Under the pieces are notes generated by a model that was not told the origin of the DNA, searched no databases, and worked only from the letters and a program-made list of their open reading frames with translations. Positions 10,100 through 20,826 of a stretch of 64,000 nt of DNA are shown here, in pieces (the stretch's first letter is position 1; each line of letters starts with the position of its first letter). Source of the DNA: Perkinsela sp. CCAP 1560/9 (Eukaryota; Protista; Euglenozoa: Kinetoplastea); the NCBI GenBank assembly GCA_965644495.1, contig CBFFSA010000001.1, forward strand, positions 3,410,001 through 3,474,000, written 5' to 3'. The position numbers and the translations under genes were made by a program.

Positions 10100-11485
10100 A
10101 TGAGGCTTTCGCCTTTCAGTTCTTTGGTCAAGACCAACGCAACTATTGGGAGGTTGAATTTTGCTTTTGACGCATTTTCTGGAATAGCAATCCCACCAAG
10201 GCCCCGTAGGAAATATGCTCCTGCAAGAAGATTTGCTTCTTGTTGTCGTGGTCATGAGCGCACGCTGTGGTTTTCCAGCAAGCGAATGTACTGGAACCCC
10301 TTTTTGTCTTCGAGTAGTCAACGTTTCAATTGGAGAAGGTATCGACCGATTTGTTGGGTTTCTGGTGCAGCGATTACAGCCCTTTTTTTGTTTGACAGTC
10401 CAGCTGCACGCCTTCAAATAGCGCGTGAAAAGTTTCACTGTTTCATAGAGAGGTGTTCCTTATTTTTAAGAGATTTGAAATCGTTACCAGTGTCCTTGGC
10501 TAGTCGAAAATTAAGCGGAGATCAGGCAGAGTTCAACTTTGAAAGCGTGGAAGATCTGGACAGCAATGAGTCTCTGGAAGAATATATTGCTGCAATGAGC
10601 ATAAAATCACCCAAGAAAGAGACTGGCAAGAAGCGACGTACTGGAAAACCGCCTCCTGGCTTCACCAATGCTTTTCAAGCTTACGCACTGGGGGATATCA
10701 TTCCTCTCACTCACGATGTCGCACTGCTTCGCTTTCTTTTTGATGACCCCGACACTGAGTTTAACCTCAGGCCTTGTAGCACACTACAAGGAAAGTTCAC
10801 CACAGGTCTTCAGCTTGCCGATTTGATAACCCGGTTCTACACCCCCGTGACCCCTAACCACACAAAAGGCTATTTCGACATCATTGTCAAGCGCAAACCG
10901 AATGGAATGATGACAAAACACTTATTCGGGCTACACGTCGGTGACCGCATGCATTTCCGTGAGGTCCCTTTCAAACTGCTGTACAAACCCAACCGGTGGA
11001 AAGAGGTTGGTCTCATTGCCGGGGGCACGGGACTCACCCCAATGCTTCAGGTCATCCGGCACGCCTTGGAGGAGTACCCCGAGGACCGTACCAAGCTGCG
11101 GCTTATCTTTTGCAACCGCACTGAGAACCACATCCTGTTAAAAGGGCTGTTGGACCGACTCGCCCGGGACCATCCCGAGCGGTTCTCTGTGGTCTACGGT
11201 GTGGACTGTCCGGTGGATGCGGAGAGGTGGAAGGGGTTCACCGGGTACCTCACCGCCGATCTGCTCCGGGCTCACCTGCCCCCACCCTCCCCTAGCTCGC
11301 TTATTCTGGTATGTGGGCCAGACAATTTGCTGTGGCACGTTGCCGGGACCCCGACCCAGCTGATGGATACCCTCTCCGGGGGTCGCCCGGTACAGCCCAT
11401 GGCCGTGGATCTTGCCAACCTGACCAAACTTGGGGGTTTGTTGGCACAGTTGGGATACACGGATCATGACGTGTATCGGTTTTGA
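10100..11485 (+). CDS. NADH-cytochrome b5 reductase-like flavoprotein (FNR family)
   Basis: RFYTP, GMMT, IAGGTGLTPM, LIFCN and VCGP motifs; N-terminal extension with basic and hydrophobic segments; start codon uncertain. Confidence 0.9.
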   Translation: MRLSPFSSLVKTNATIGRLNFAFDAFSGIAIPPRPRRKYAPARRFASCCRGHERTLWFSSKRMYWNPFLSSSSQRFNWRRYRPICWVSGAAITALFLFDSPAARLQIAREKFHCFIERCSLFLRDLKSLPVSLASRKLSGDQAEFNFESVEDLDSNESLEEYIAAMSIKSPKKETGKKRRTGKPPPGFTNAFQAYALGDIIPLTHDVALLRFLFDDPDTEFNLRPCSTLQGKFTTGLQLADLITRFYTPVTPNHTKGYFDIIVKRKPNGMMTKHLFGLHVGDRMHFREVPFKLLYKPNRWKEVGLIAGGTGLTPMLQVIRHALEEYPEDRTKLRLIFCNRTENHILLKGLLDRLARDHPERFSVVYGVDCPVDAERWKGFTGYLTADLLRAHLPPPSPSSLILVCGPDNLLWHVAGTPTQLMDTLSGGRPVQPMAVDLANLTKLGGLLAQLGYTDHDVYRF

Positions 11486-11718
11486 GGGTCTGAATTGGGA
11501 TGATATTGGGTTCAAAAATGCTTGTAGGTCTGCTCTGACGACGATAACATTGTCTTAAGCATAGTGATGTTTTTGTTATAGGGCTCCGTTCTTTTCAAAG
11601 AAATACAAAATTGTTTTTATTTACCTCAGATTAGATCACACGGAGATGTGCATTGGTACGCATCAAAATATTGCATAGTGTAACTAGGAAACATGATTTA
11701 TTTCCCTACGTTGTTCAT

Positions 11719-12123
11719 ATGTTTGGTTTCCGAAGAGCATTATCTCAACAAAGAGGAAAATCGATAGATGCCACGCGCGGCGGTAAAATGAAATCTTCAA
11801 CGAAGATCCCGCCATCTTCTCTTCACATGAGACATAATTCAATTAAACAGAATTTGGACCCTATGGATCATTCTTGTCCTCGGAGACCATGGACACCAGC
11901 AACCCCGGGGATCGGGACAATTTTTGCCGGTAATGATCCATTTGATTTGCGAAAATACCGAAAAGCGATTAAACAGGGTAGAGTTCCCGCTGAATACGGT
12001 CGGGTCTCGCGACCTGGAAGTGTAGGCGCCCCTGCATCTAAGCTATATCCGCACACCACACTCCCGACTATTTTAAAACGTGATTGTTCTCCTTTTCTCG
12101 CTTACCGGCGACCTCCAAAGTAA
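11719..12123 (+). CDS. Small basic protein, probably mitochondrial (possibly mitoribosomal)
   Basis: Presequence-like start MFGFRRALS; very K/R-rich; co-oriented with the cluster. Confidence 0.55.
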   Translation: MFGFRRALSQQRGKSIDATRGGKMKSSTKIPPSSLHMRHNSIKQNLDPMDHSCPRRPWTPATPGIGTIFAGNDPFDLRKYRKAIKQGRVPAEYGRVSRPGSVGAPASKLYPHTTLPTILKRDCSPFLAYRRPPK

Positions 12124-12360
12124 GTGCGGGGGCATGACAGTCCCTGTCCTGGCTTGTCCATGTACGAGGAATATACAACTCGGTACATAAATTCTCTCTG
12201 GTATTCATAATTATGCTGGACTTCGTACGATGCGATTTTATATATTTTACAAAACACAGATGTTATTACGTGGATTCCCCGAGATTCCCCGAGAACCCAC
12301 AAAGTTGTTGATTGTCAGTATTTTTAGAATTTTTCGCAACTCTTGAACTATGTCCATGCA

Positions 12361-14052
12361 ATGTATCGGCTAACTTTCCACCGACTCACATGGATCGAAC
12401 GTGTACACGCTGCCAGAGAGGAGACTGCTCGTCGATTCGGAAACATAAACTGTCTTGGGACCCCCGGTGCCATTCCCGGCTTTGACAACTTTGTAGCACA
12501 AAAGCGTGAGGAGAAACAATATGAGGACTTTGACCAACGCGTGGAGAGAGCTTTTCAAAAAGCGTGGGGTACACACAAGCAAGAGGTATGGAACGCACAT
12601 AAGCGACAGGTAAGAGATGGAACTCTACCAAAGGGCACCTCACTGAACCAAATACGGGACTTGGAAGGCAAGCTCGAGGAGCGCAAGGAGTGGCTACGAA
12701 ACGTGTGGGCACAGGTGGACTCAGATTACCGCAGTGGAGACACCGAACGTGTGACTCGAGCCATGTCTGACATAGAGAAGGCTAATGCAGGAAAGGGCAA
12801 TGGCTACATGGAGTGGGCCTACCAAACAAAATACGATATGCGCTTCATGGGGAACAAAGAAAAGGACGAGCTTGTTCGCAAATTAAACTCAACGGAATTC
12901 CCGGATATCTCAGAGGAAGAGACGACACGATTTATCAACCGAAAGATGAACATGAACGAGTTGGAAAAATCTGTTACGCGCGTGTTCGGGGAAGCCGGAC
13001 GACGCCACTGGGAGCTTCTGCAGCAGGAAAAAGATGATGAATACACGGAGAAAATGGACCGCGCGCTTGACATGTATGAAACATTGAGCAAGGAGGAACG
13101 CGAAGCTTTCAGTGCGCAACGAAATCGTCGTCTCCAGGCCCGGCCCTCTCGAACCGATGAGGCAAAGCAACGCCTCGCCGCTGCACTGGAACGAGAGGAG
13201 AAGAGACAGAACTTAGTAGACGCGGATCTTGCACGAGAGGCAGAGGAACGTCACGAAAAATATGTTAAGCGCCGTGAGAGTATGCTTGCCGCAGAGAAAA
13301 TGCGCGTAGGTGGGGTCCCGAACCGCGAGCTGCTAAACACAATGCGTCGCCGATCCCTGGAAGAGATCCAGCAAAAACACAACTTGGCGGCACAACAGGA
13401 GCGCACGGAGTTGATGGAGAAGAAACGGGTACTGTTCGAGACGATGCGCGTGATGCAGCAAGAGGCGGAGAAGCGTAGTGTGTTGCGTGCGATGAGTCCC
13501 GGGGGGGTAGCGGCGGCACAAAAGTACACCCCTCTCAGCGACGCGGAGAATACCTTGGAGGCCGCCAAAAGCCTTGCGCGACAAACCGTAAAGTCGAGCG
13601 CCGAGTTGGAATTTGCCACGAAGCGTTCACTGTGGAAGTTAGTCCACAATACGAAATATGAGTCCCCCTCGGACGTGATTCACCAGGCACTCGTTGATGC
13701 GCACAAAACGTACAGCCAAGTGTATCGAAAGACCCGTGCCCACCGCCTGCGCCATAAACGTTACAAGGACATCAGCCAGGCGTACAGCGGGTTTGAGAGT
13801 CGATGCTATTCTGGGGGATGGCGTGAGCGGGGGATCTCTACATGGGGGCTCAGTGCTTCGACGATTGCCAATTTGGATGACGATACTAATGTGACTTATG
13901 TGGAGGACAGCCGCGGACCTCACCGCATGGATAAGAATATCCCCGGAGAGATCGATCCTCGGGAAGAAAAGCGAAGTGGTGAAGGCCCGATATTTCATGG
14001 GAAACGTTATCACAAGCTTCCTCCGTCGGATATTGGGGCCAACCTGTCATAG
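12361..14052 (+). CDS. Helical charged protein, probably mitochondrial (possible kinetoplastid mitoribosome-associated)
   Basis: Presequence-like MYRLTFHRLT; 563-aa R/E-rich ORF. Confidence 0.6.
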   Translation: MYRLTFHRLTWIERVHAAREETARRFGNINCLGTPGAIPGFDNFVAQKREEKQYEDFDQRVERAFQKAWGTHKQEVWNAHKRQVRDGTLPKGTSLNQIRDLEGKLEERKEWLRNVWAQVDSDYRSGDTERVTRAMSDIEKANAGKGNGYMEWAYQTKYDMRFMGNKEKDELVRKLNSTEFPDISEEETTRFINRKMNMNELEKSVTRVFGEAGRRHWELLQQEKDDEYTEKMDRALDMYETLSKEEREAFSAQRNRRLQARPSRTDEAKQRLAAALEREEKRQNLVDADLAREAEERHEKYVKRRESMLAAEKMRVGGVPNRELLNTMRRRSLEEIQQKHNLAAQQERTELMEKKRVLFETMRVMQQEAEKRSVLRAMSPGGVAAAQKYTPLSDAENTLEAAKSLARQTVKSSAELEFATKRSLWKLVHNTKYESPSDVIHQALVDAHKTYSQVYRKTRAHRLRHKRYKDISQAYSGFESRCYSGGWRERGISTWGLSASTIANLDDDTNVTYVEDSRGPHRMDKNIPGEIDPREEKRSGEGPIFHGKRYHKLPPSDIGANLS

Positions 14053-14243
14053 TCCTACACTTGAATTGCATCATTACTTGTGTGTCAAGGATTTCGGTAG
14101 TGTCTTTTCAGTAGCATAGATGTTTTCTTCTCATTTAAGTTCTGTATGGTGTACAAACAACGTAAACTAGTCTCCACTATGTCATGTGTTCTTTTCTGTA
14201 CGTTTTCTTACTCTCCTTAGTTGATTTACAGAATTGTTACAGA

Positions 14244-15026
14244 ATGGGATCACTGCGCTATCGTCGTCCCTACTGGATGCTTCACCTGAAAAACGTGAAG
14301 TACTGGAGAGTATACGCCAAAACAGGGGCAGGATATCAACGCACAGAGATGCTCTATCAGGCCTGGCTAGGAGGCATTGACCGGCCCTATGCCCGACCCC
14401 GATGCACGCATCGCACTCCTACGTGGCTTACGCGCAAGCGCTTCGCCCTCGAGAAACCCCACTTGACTCCCGATACGGTTGTCGAGCGCCTTTTTCTTGA
14501 GTTTCACCAGAAATATTTTGCGTATAGAGGAACACTAAGACCAGTCGTGGAGGATGTTCATAACATGTTTGAGCTTGTAGAGCGTCCGTTGGACATGAGC
14601 TATGCATGCCGAACGCTGTCTCACCTTCACAATGACTTCCTTGTTGTACTTACCTCAGAAACATTTGCTCTGTTCTTACATGCTGCTATGAAGGTGGACC
14701 GACGGGATCTCATTACTTTTGCGATCCAGAATGCTGAAAAGCTTGGATTTGTGTCGATCGACTCCAAATCTCGAGCCTTTGCCGAGGGAAAAAGTTCGTG
14801 GTATAAAATCGAAGACGGGCAATATCTTCCTCTTGAAGGCAATGAAAAATTGAACTCACCGGAGCTGGTCAAGGAACGTAGAGATGAAGAGTCCGAACTT
14901 TTGCGCCAGTTGGACCAAAAGAAGCATATTTCGAACATAGAAAATACACGCTCTCCTGAGGAAGAGCTTGCTCAATTAGAGAAAGAGCTTGCCGAAGCAG
15001 AGTCTGTAGGAAACGAAGAGAGATAG
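14244..15026 (+). CDS. Kinetoplastid-type mitochondrial ribosomal protein (LSU, probable)
   Basis: RYRRPYWM...QRTEMLYQAWLGG.DRPY.RP.C and LVERPLD.SYA resemble, from memory, a Trypanosoma mitoribosome-specific protein; subunit number not certain. Confidence 0.6.
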   Translation: MGSLRYRRPYWMLHLKNVKYWRVYAKTGAGYQRTEMLYQAWLGGIDRPYARPRCTHRTPTWLTRKRFALEKPHLTPDTVVERLFLEFHQKYFAYRGTLRPVVEDVHNMFELVERPLDMSYACRTLSHLHNDFLVVLTSETFALFLHAAMKVDRRDLITFAIQNAEKLGFVSIDSKSRAFAEGKSSWYKIEDGQYLPLEGNEKLNSPELVKERRDEESELLRQLDQKKHISNIENTRSPEEELAQLEKELAEAESVGNEER

Positions 15027-15269
15027 TAACGAAACAACAATTTCTTTCTTATTTCCCGTAGGTGAATTTTCTTACTTTTTTCTTACTTGTAGCTAGTATT
15101 CATTATTAGAGGCACTAGTGTAGCACGTCAACCCATTTTGCGAAGTTTCTTAGGATTAGCATTTTACATTTCAAAGTTTCAAATTTTTGTATAGATCTTT
15201 GTCCTTATTTTCTTGAATAGACAGGTGTTTTTTTGCACTAACCAGATACACGTGTAAACAAGCATACCC

Positions 15270-16241
15270 ATGGGATCTACCATCGCTCAACGTACCCCCT
15301 CTGATGTGCCACATCATTTATGGAACACATATCGTCACACTGTAGCCGTTCAAATTGCTGCCGCGTCCAGCACGTTACTATTCTACCCACTGGACTCTGT
15401 CAAATTTCGTATCATGTCCCAGGATGGCACATCCAAGCACAGCTATCATCACCATCGAGGTGACTTCTCTGGTGTCTCTCAAGCCCTACGCCAGACCTAC
15501 AAGGTGGAAGGATTGATGGCCTTGTATCGCGGCGCACTCATTTCGGTAAGCGGATCCGTCCTCTCTTGGGGAATCTACATGTTTGCCTACAAGTATCTTC
15601 TGCACTTAGGAAGCACCGGGTCGATGTCAAACTCGATTTATTTCGACTATACAGCGTCTTTGAGCGCAAGTGTGTTCTGTGCGATTTGCACTAATCCACT
15701 ATGGCTAGTAAAAACGCGCATGCAGTTGCAGGACCGTACGGTTAAGAACCAGACATATTACCGAGGCTTTTTTCACGGCACAAGAGAGGTAATAAAGAGC
15801 GAAGGGATTATTGCTCTGTATCGCGGTCTCCTCTCTCAAATTCTACTAAGTGTTCCTACTGCAGCATATTTCCCCATGTACGAAGCCTTTAAGGCGTACG
15901 CCAGATCTATGAAACAAATAGAAGATACCCAACACTTGAATTTCTTTGAGCTTCTTTTATGTACATTGGCTACGAAAGTCATTATGGCTGTAGTTTCGAA
16001 TCCACTTATGGTGATAAAGACAAAGATACAGGATCATCGTAACGTGTCCACCTCTGCGAAAACCGGGACTAGGGCACCAGGTCAATATGAATCCATACGC
16101 AGCACAATTCTACTGGCGACTCGTCGAGAAGGCCTAATTCGTGGGCTGCTCGCCAGAGGGCTGTGGAGTAATCTGGTTCAGTCCATTCCTCGAAGCACCT
16201 CCCATATGCTACTGTACGAGCTTATTCTAAGGTACATTTAA
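15270..16241 (+). CDS. Mitochondrial carrier family protein (folate/FAD/NAD carrier-like)
   Basis: Three Px[D/E]xxKxR-type signatures: PLDSVKFR, PLWLVKTR, PLMVIKTK; EGxxALYRG motifs. Confidence 0.9.
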   Translation: MGSTIAQRTPSDVPHHLWNTYRHTVAVQIAAASSTLLFYPLDSVKFRIMSQDGTSKHSYHHHRGDFSGVSQALRQTYKVEGLMALYRGALISVSGSVLSWGIYMFAYKYLLHLGSTGSMSNSIYFDYTASLSASVFCAICTNPLWLVKTRMQLQDRTVKNQTYYRGFFHGTREVIKSEGIIALYRGLLSQILLSVPTAAYFPMYEAFKAYARSMKQIEDTQHLNFFELLLCTLATKVIMAVVSNPLMVIKTKIQDHRNVSTSAKTGTRAPGQYESIRSTILLATRREGLIRGLLARGLWSNLVQSIPRSTSHMLLYELILRYI

Positions 16242-16712
16242 AAGATTATTTACTTGACTATCTCTGCTAGTCTTTCGTTAGTTTTTGGCCTCCTGTTAGC
16301 ATACTGCAAGCATGATTTCCACGGTAGGTAAGTTCCTAAAGTTCGAGGCGTTGCGAGTAGAGAAAAGAAATCAAAGGAAATCGGACTTATCTCCGTTTGA
16401 GAAATTGCGAAGGTGGGAGATACGAAGGGGGGGAGATTGTGCAGTCTAGAAGATAGCTGGACTCCTAACCCCCCCCCCTTTACGTTTCGCATGCAGAGCA
16501 CTTTGGTTAACCCACCCTACTGCCTCTCAGTCTAAAAAGAGTCTCACACATCTTATTGGAGATCACGGTACGGTAGTGTACGCTGTTAACTTTTACACTG
16601 CTTAATTTTATGGTCATGTATGCTATTCATATTCTTCACCCAATAAAAAAATGGAAAGCAAAAATCATTTTTGCAACGTCTTGAAATTGTTTTTGTACAA
16701 TTGAAATATTCA

Positions 16713-18002
16713 ATGTGTTTGTCCAAGATGCGGAGCGTGCTTCTATCACATTTTTCAAGGACATTTCGTCATCTTTTCGGCAGGTTTCCTCTTTGTCTTA
16801 CTGTGCACGACATTCCCTTGATTCTGGGAGGCACTTCAATAATATTGAGCGTGCTTTCAGGCAAAGATCTAAGCCGTACCTTACTGGTAGTGGGAGCTGT
16901 GACTTATGGACTTCGTCGTATTACAGCTCTAATTTTTCCGAAGCTTTGCGTTCGACCCTTGTCTCAGGGGTTTGGCGCGACCCACACTGTCGGCGTCCGT
17001 TGGGTTCGATCAGACTCTTTGACCATTCCACATTTCGTCACACTTTATCCCATAATTTCCACAAGGGCTTTGAAGGCGATGAATTCGGTGCCTTGGCTTC
17101 CTTTCGGGAACTTGCGCTATGCTTCGGAATTCGCCCAGTCGCTTCATTTGCCGCAATTTCTAACAAATCATTTATCGGAGTGTCGAATTGAAGCCACCTT
17201 AGATGCTCCGTCGTTGTACGATCAACAAAACATGCGGGGCAAGGCGAAATATGTTGTATTCTCACACGGTCTGTACGGGCACATGAATATGTACAGTACC
17301 TTGGCTCAGGAGTGGGCCGCTCGCGGTTACGTTGTGCTGTGTCCGGAGCACCGAGACGGTAGTGCTGTGTTCACCACGTGTGTAGATAAGGAACCGATTC
17401 CCTTTCGCCGCCCCTCCCTGCCTCACAATGATCCTGGGGTGAGACAACTCCGGTACGATCAAGTGCAACATCGCACGGAGGAGTTACTGGCACTGATTCG
17501 AGACAATGTTCCTTCTACGGCTCAGGAGGTGATATTGGCTGGACACAGCTTTGGTGCCACTACCGCACTAAACACAGCTATTGAACTGCGTCTACGTCAC
17601 TGTACTGATGGTCAAGTAGAATCCTTTCCTGTTATTTCTCGAGTCGTCACATTTGATTTGTGGACTTATCCGTTGGAGCATATTGCTTTTAGGCAGAAAT
17701 TGAGCCGTTTGTGCTCAAAACTTGAAAAAATTCACGAATTAGTACCAATAAGATTGCAGCTTTTTGATAGTGAAGAATGGTACGAATGTGAAGAGCGAAA
17801 TAGTATCCTGTCCAAGCTATTCTTGCCTGATCTTCGTAAAATTTTTACTTTAAGTCGTTCATGGCGTGCAGGGACAGATCATCACTCGGCCTCTGACATG
17901 GGTTTACTGAATCCTTATATTCGAAGGAAAAGAGCGTGGCGTCAGCATTGCAGCGATTCTTACCATATTCAGGCTTGGGCTTTACGCGGTATCCGAGAAT
18001 AA
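16713..18002 (+). CDS. PAF-acetylhydrolase-like alpha/beta hydrolase
   Basis: VVFSHGL, EHRDGSA, nucleophile GHSFG, FDLW, HHSASD. Confidence 0.85.
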   Translation: MCLSKMRSVLLSHFSRTFRHLFGRFPLCLTVHDIPLILGGTSIILSVLSGKDLSRTLLVVGAVTYGLRRITALIFPKLCVRPLSQGFGATHTVGVRWVRSDSLTIPHFVTLYPIISTRALKAMNSVPWLPFGNLRYASEFAQSLHLPQFLTNHLSECRIEATLDAPSLYDQQNMRGKAKYVVFSHGLYGHMNMYSTLAQEWAARGYVVLCPEHRDGSAVFTTCVDKEPIPFRRPSLPHNDPGVRQLRYDQVQHRTEELLALIRDNVPSTAQEVILAGHSFGATTALNTAIELRLRHCTDGQVESFPVISRVVTFDLWTYPLEHIAFRQKLSRLCSKLEKIHELVPIRLQLFDSEEWYECEERNSILSKLFLPDLRKIFTLSRSWRAGTDHHSASDMGLLNPYIRRKRAWRQHCSDSYHIQAWALRGIRE

Positions 18003-18286
18003 TTTGTTATGCTTTATCTGTGTATTCTAGGGCTCCTAGTCTAGAGTTATAGAATGAACACTAGGTAATTATTTCAACACAGGGGTCTCTCAAATACGAA
18101 TTGAACATTATTTTAATTCACTTTATTCATTTGTATGCTACGTAATGTATCATACAGAATGTGACATTCAGTAATAGATGCGAATCATTTTCATATAACG
18201 TCTAATATAACATCCTATACACCAATTTTAGTCAAACATTCGTACATCTAATACATAAAACACTACGTATACTACATCCCCGCGGA

Positions 18287-19768
18287 ATGACATCTATTCC
18301 CAGACAGGATTTTCCCGGATCACAACTCCGATCGCACTCCACAGCACGAACTCTCTCATCGAGCGCACGCCCGACCCCACACATTTCTCTTCACAAATCC
18401 TTCTCCACCCTACCCCCTTCCCGAGGCTCCACGCCCCTTCCCTTGCGGGACCCCACCCCCATACTCTCACGGAATCGACCCCCTCGCTTGTCCCTTCGCC
18501 CCGCCCACACCGTCCGCACCTCCCTCCGCGTCACCACGGCCTTCCACAACTCCTCTGAGGTCCTGTGCTACGGCGGCCCGAACGGACTCGGCCTACTCCA
18601 CACCCGCTACCTCCACCAGCACGTCACCCCATCCCCCGGAATCGCCCCCCGTGCCATTCTCCCCTACCTCCCCGACCGTGACGCCAACCGCTTCCTCCTC
18701 CTCCTCCCCCACGGTGAGGTCCTCTCCCTGGACGGTACCCCCCATGCGGAGCTCACCCCCTACACCACACTCACCCTCCCGAGTCCCGCTCCCCCCTCCT
18801 CAGGTACCCCCCCTCCTACCCACGGGAACCTCCACAGCGCCACCGTACTCACCCCCTCCCCCTCCGTCGTCGTGAGTACCACTCATGGAGGGCTGTTGCT
18901 GTGGGATGGTGAGGCCCACGCCCCTTTCCCTAATAACTCTTCCACTACTCACTCCACTACTCACTCTACCACCCCTACCCCTAACTCTATGACGCCTCCT
19001 CCTCACTCTTCTTCTCCTACGGCTACTACCTCTTCCTCTCTCCAGCCCCTTCGTCCCCCCCTCCCCGGTCTCTGTGTTACGTGTTCCCAACACGAGTCCG
19101 GCCCCTACGAGCCCTTACTGCTCCACACCCACACGCTGTCGTTGCTCTACGACCTGCGGTGTGAGAGGGTGGTGGGGCGCTTCCCCGTGGGGAGGGGGGG
19201 CTCGGGGGGGAGGGCTGGCCTTCCGGCGGGTAGGACAGGCAGCTCCTTGGGTACAGCCTCGACGCTGTCACCTGGAGTGTTCCCTTTTGCGGGAAATGTA
19301 TCCAGTGTGTCGGCTGGGATGGCCGGCAGGAGTTGTGTTGGCACACAGGTCCCTGAGATCTTGTGTGCGACCCGTGAGGTCTCGGGACGGTACCTTGCGG
19401 TAGCGAGTGGGGCGGGGCGGGTGGGGTTGTGGGATGTGCGAAAGGGAGGGGGGAGGGAGGGGGAGGGGGGAGTACGAGGGGGGGAGGTGACCTCGGTGGA
19501 GGTACCGGGTGGGGTCACGGCGATGGGGTCTGGGCTGGCGTGTGCGTCGGGGACTTTTTTTATGGGGACAGCGCAAGGGGAGGTGTGGACGTGGGGGAGT
19601 GGGAGTGAGGAGGTTGCGCGGTTGGAAAAGGGAGTGGAGTTGGGGGGTAGGGAGGATCGGTCAGCGATTACCACCGTTGTAGTGCCCTCGATGGCGTGTG
19701 GGGGTGGGCAGCACGTGATGACGTTCTCGGAGAGTACGCAGGCGACGGTGTATGAAGTGCGAACGTAG
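18287..19768 (+). CDS. Hypothetical protein with degenerate WD40-like repeats
   Basis: GRYLAVASGAGRVGLWDVRK, GGLLLWDG, GEVWTW; composition heavily distorted by the C-to-G island. Confidence 0.55.
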   Translation: MTSIPRQDFPGSQLRSHSTARTLSSSARPTPHISLHKSFSTLPPSRGSTPLPLRDPTPILSRNRPPRLSLRPAHTVRTSLRVTTAFHNSSEVLCYGGPNGLGLLHTRYLHQHVTPSPGIAPRAILPYLPDRDANRFLLLLPHGEVLSLDGTPHAELTPYTTLTLPSPAPPSSGTPPPTHGNLHSATVLTPSPSVVVSTTHGGLLLWDGEAHAPFPNNSSTTHSTTHSTTPTPNSMTPPPHSSSPTATTSSSLQPLRPPLPGLCVTCSQHESGPYEPLLLHTHTLSLLYDLRCERVVGRFPVGRGGSGGRAGLPAGRTGSSLGTASTLSPGVFPFAGNVSSVSAGMAGRSCVGTQVPEILCATREVSGRYLAVASGAGRVGLWDVRKGGGREGEGGVRGGEVTSVEVPGGVTAMGSGLACASGTFFMGTAQGEVWTWGSGSEEVARLEKGVELGGREDRSAITTVVVPSMACGGGQHVMTFSESTQATVYEVRT

Positions 19769-19770
19769 TA
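18370..19770. other. C-to-G polarity island 3 (switch near 19150)
   Basis: C/T-rich up to about 19140, G-rich after about 19160. Confidence 0.88.
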
Positions 19771-19965
19771 TGAGGCGGAGATAAAACCAACCCCTACAGA
19801 TGGAGTTAAAAAAATATTGATAGAAAGCCGTTACAAAACATGGTTATAGGACGTACGATTTACATACGAAAAAGGGATTACTGACAGCAATAATGGTGTT
19901 TACAAGATGCATACACTATTCAAATCTCGTGTCAGTAGAACACTTTTTTCCTTGTATATCGTAGT

Positions 19966-20610
19966 ATGACTGATGTCAATTCTTCTTTATGTTCGTTCTG
20001 TGGTGCGCAGGGCATTTTTTCATTTTGTTTGAAGTGTCCGGGGGGCGGATACTGCAGCACGGTATGTCTCACAATGCACGAAGAAAGGGTTCACTTCGTT
20101 GAAGAGGACGACCCCGAGCTAACTGATAGTGACAGTTTTGATGAAGTTGCCTCGGAAAGTAGCACCACGTGTAACTCCGAAGCCGGCCGAATACCATTAA
20201 TTTCATCAAACGTGTCAGTGGAGTCAAGTTTGCACTCTTCAAAAGATTCTGAAGATGATTCAGTAAAGGATTTATCACAACCCGAAGCAACGTACGCGAA
20301 AATTGTCGAAGAGGGATCTTATGTAACAGAAAAGGAGGTATGTGCTACGCCAGCGCCGAAAGACGCGGAAACAAACAGCTTGACTTCTGGCAGGGAAATT
20401 GAGGGTTTACTGACACGTCGACAACTTCACGCTCTGGCTTCTGACTCAAGAATCCGAAATGAGGTTCGAACGTCAGAACTTCAGACTCTCTTAAAGACGA
20501 TAGACTCCAGTCGCAGCCGCCTTGATGTGTTAGAAACTGCAGAATATAATATACCTGAGTTTTCAGAATTCTTGAGGCACGTTTCACAGACAATATACAT
20601 GCACCCATAG
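19966..20610 (+). CDS. zf-HIT domain protein (ZNHIT3/Hit1-like)
   Basis: CxxC..CxxC...YCSxxCxxxH at the N-terminus; C-terminal LQTLLKTIDSS...PEFSEF resembles the Hit1 C-domain. Confidence 0.7.
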   Translation: MTDVNSSLCSFCGAQGIFSFCLKCPGGGYCSTVCLTMHEERVHFVEEDDPELTDSDSFDEVASESSTTCNSEAGRIPLISSNVSVESSLHSSKDSEDDSVKDLSQPEATYAKIVEEGSYVTEKEVCATPAPKDAETNSLTSGREIEGLLTRRQLHALASDSRIRNEVRTSELQTLLKTIDSSRSRLDVLETAEYNIPEFSEFLRHVSQTIYMHP

Positions 20611-20826
20611 TGTTACCCCAAATTCGGAATTGTTGACTGCTTAATCTTGATTTTTCTGTATATAAGCGGAACAGTACACTTACGTAAATTCTAAATTCTA
20701 ATTTAAGATTCGTGAGTAATTTTTACTTTTCTCATATCGAAATTGCCACATTTGCAGGATGTTACATACGAAAGGACGAGTGTTATGTATATTCGTATTA
20801 ATCTATGAAAAAAATACAGCAAGCAC

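Noticed and set aside
16405-16495. Imperfect G-tract/C-tract hairpin in intergenic DNA
   Set aside because: Pairing is too degenerate to call an ncRNA or MITE
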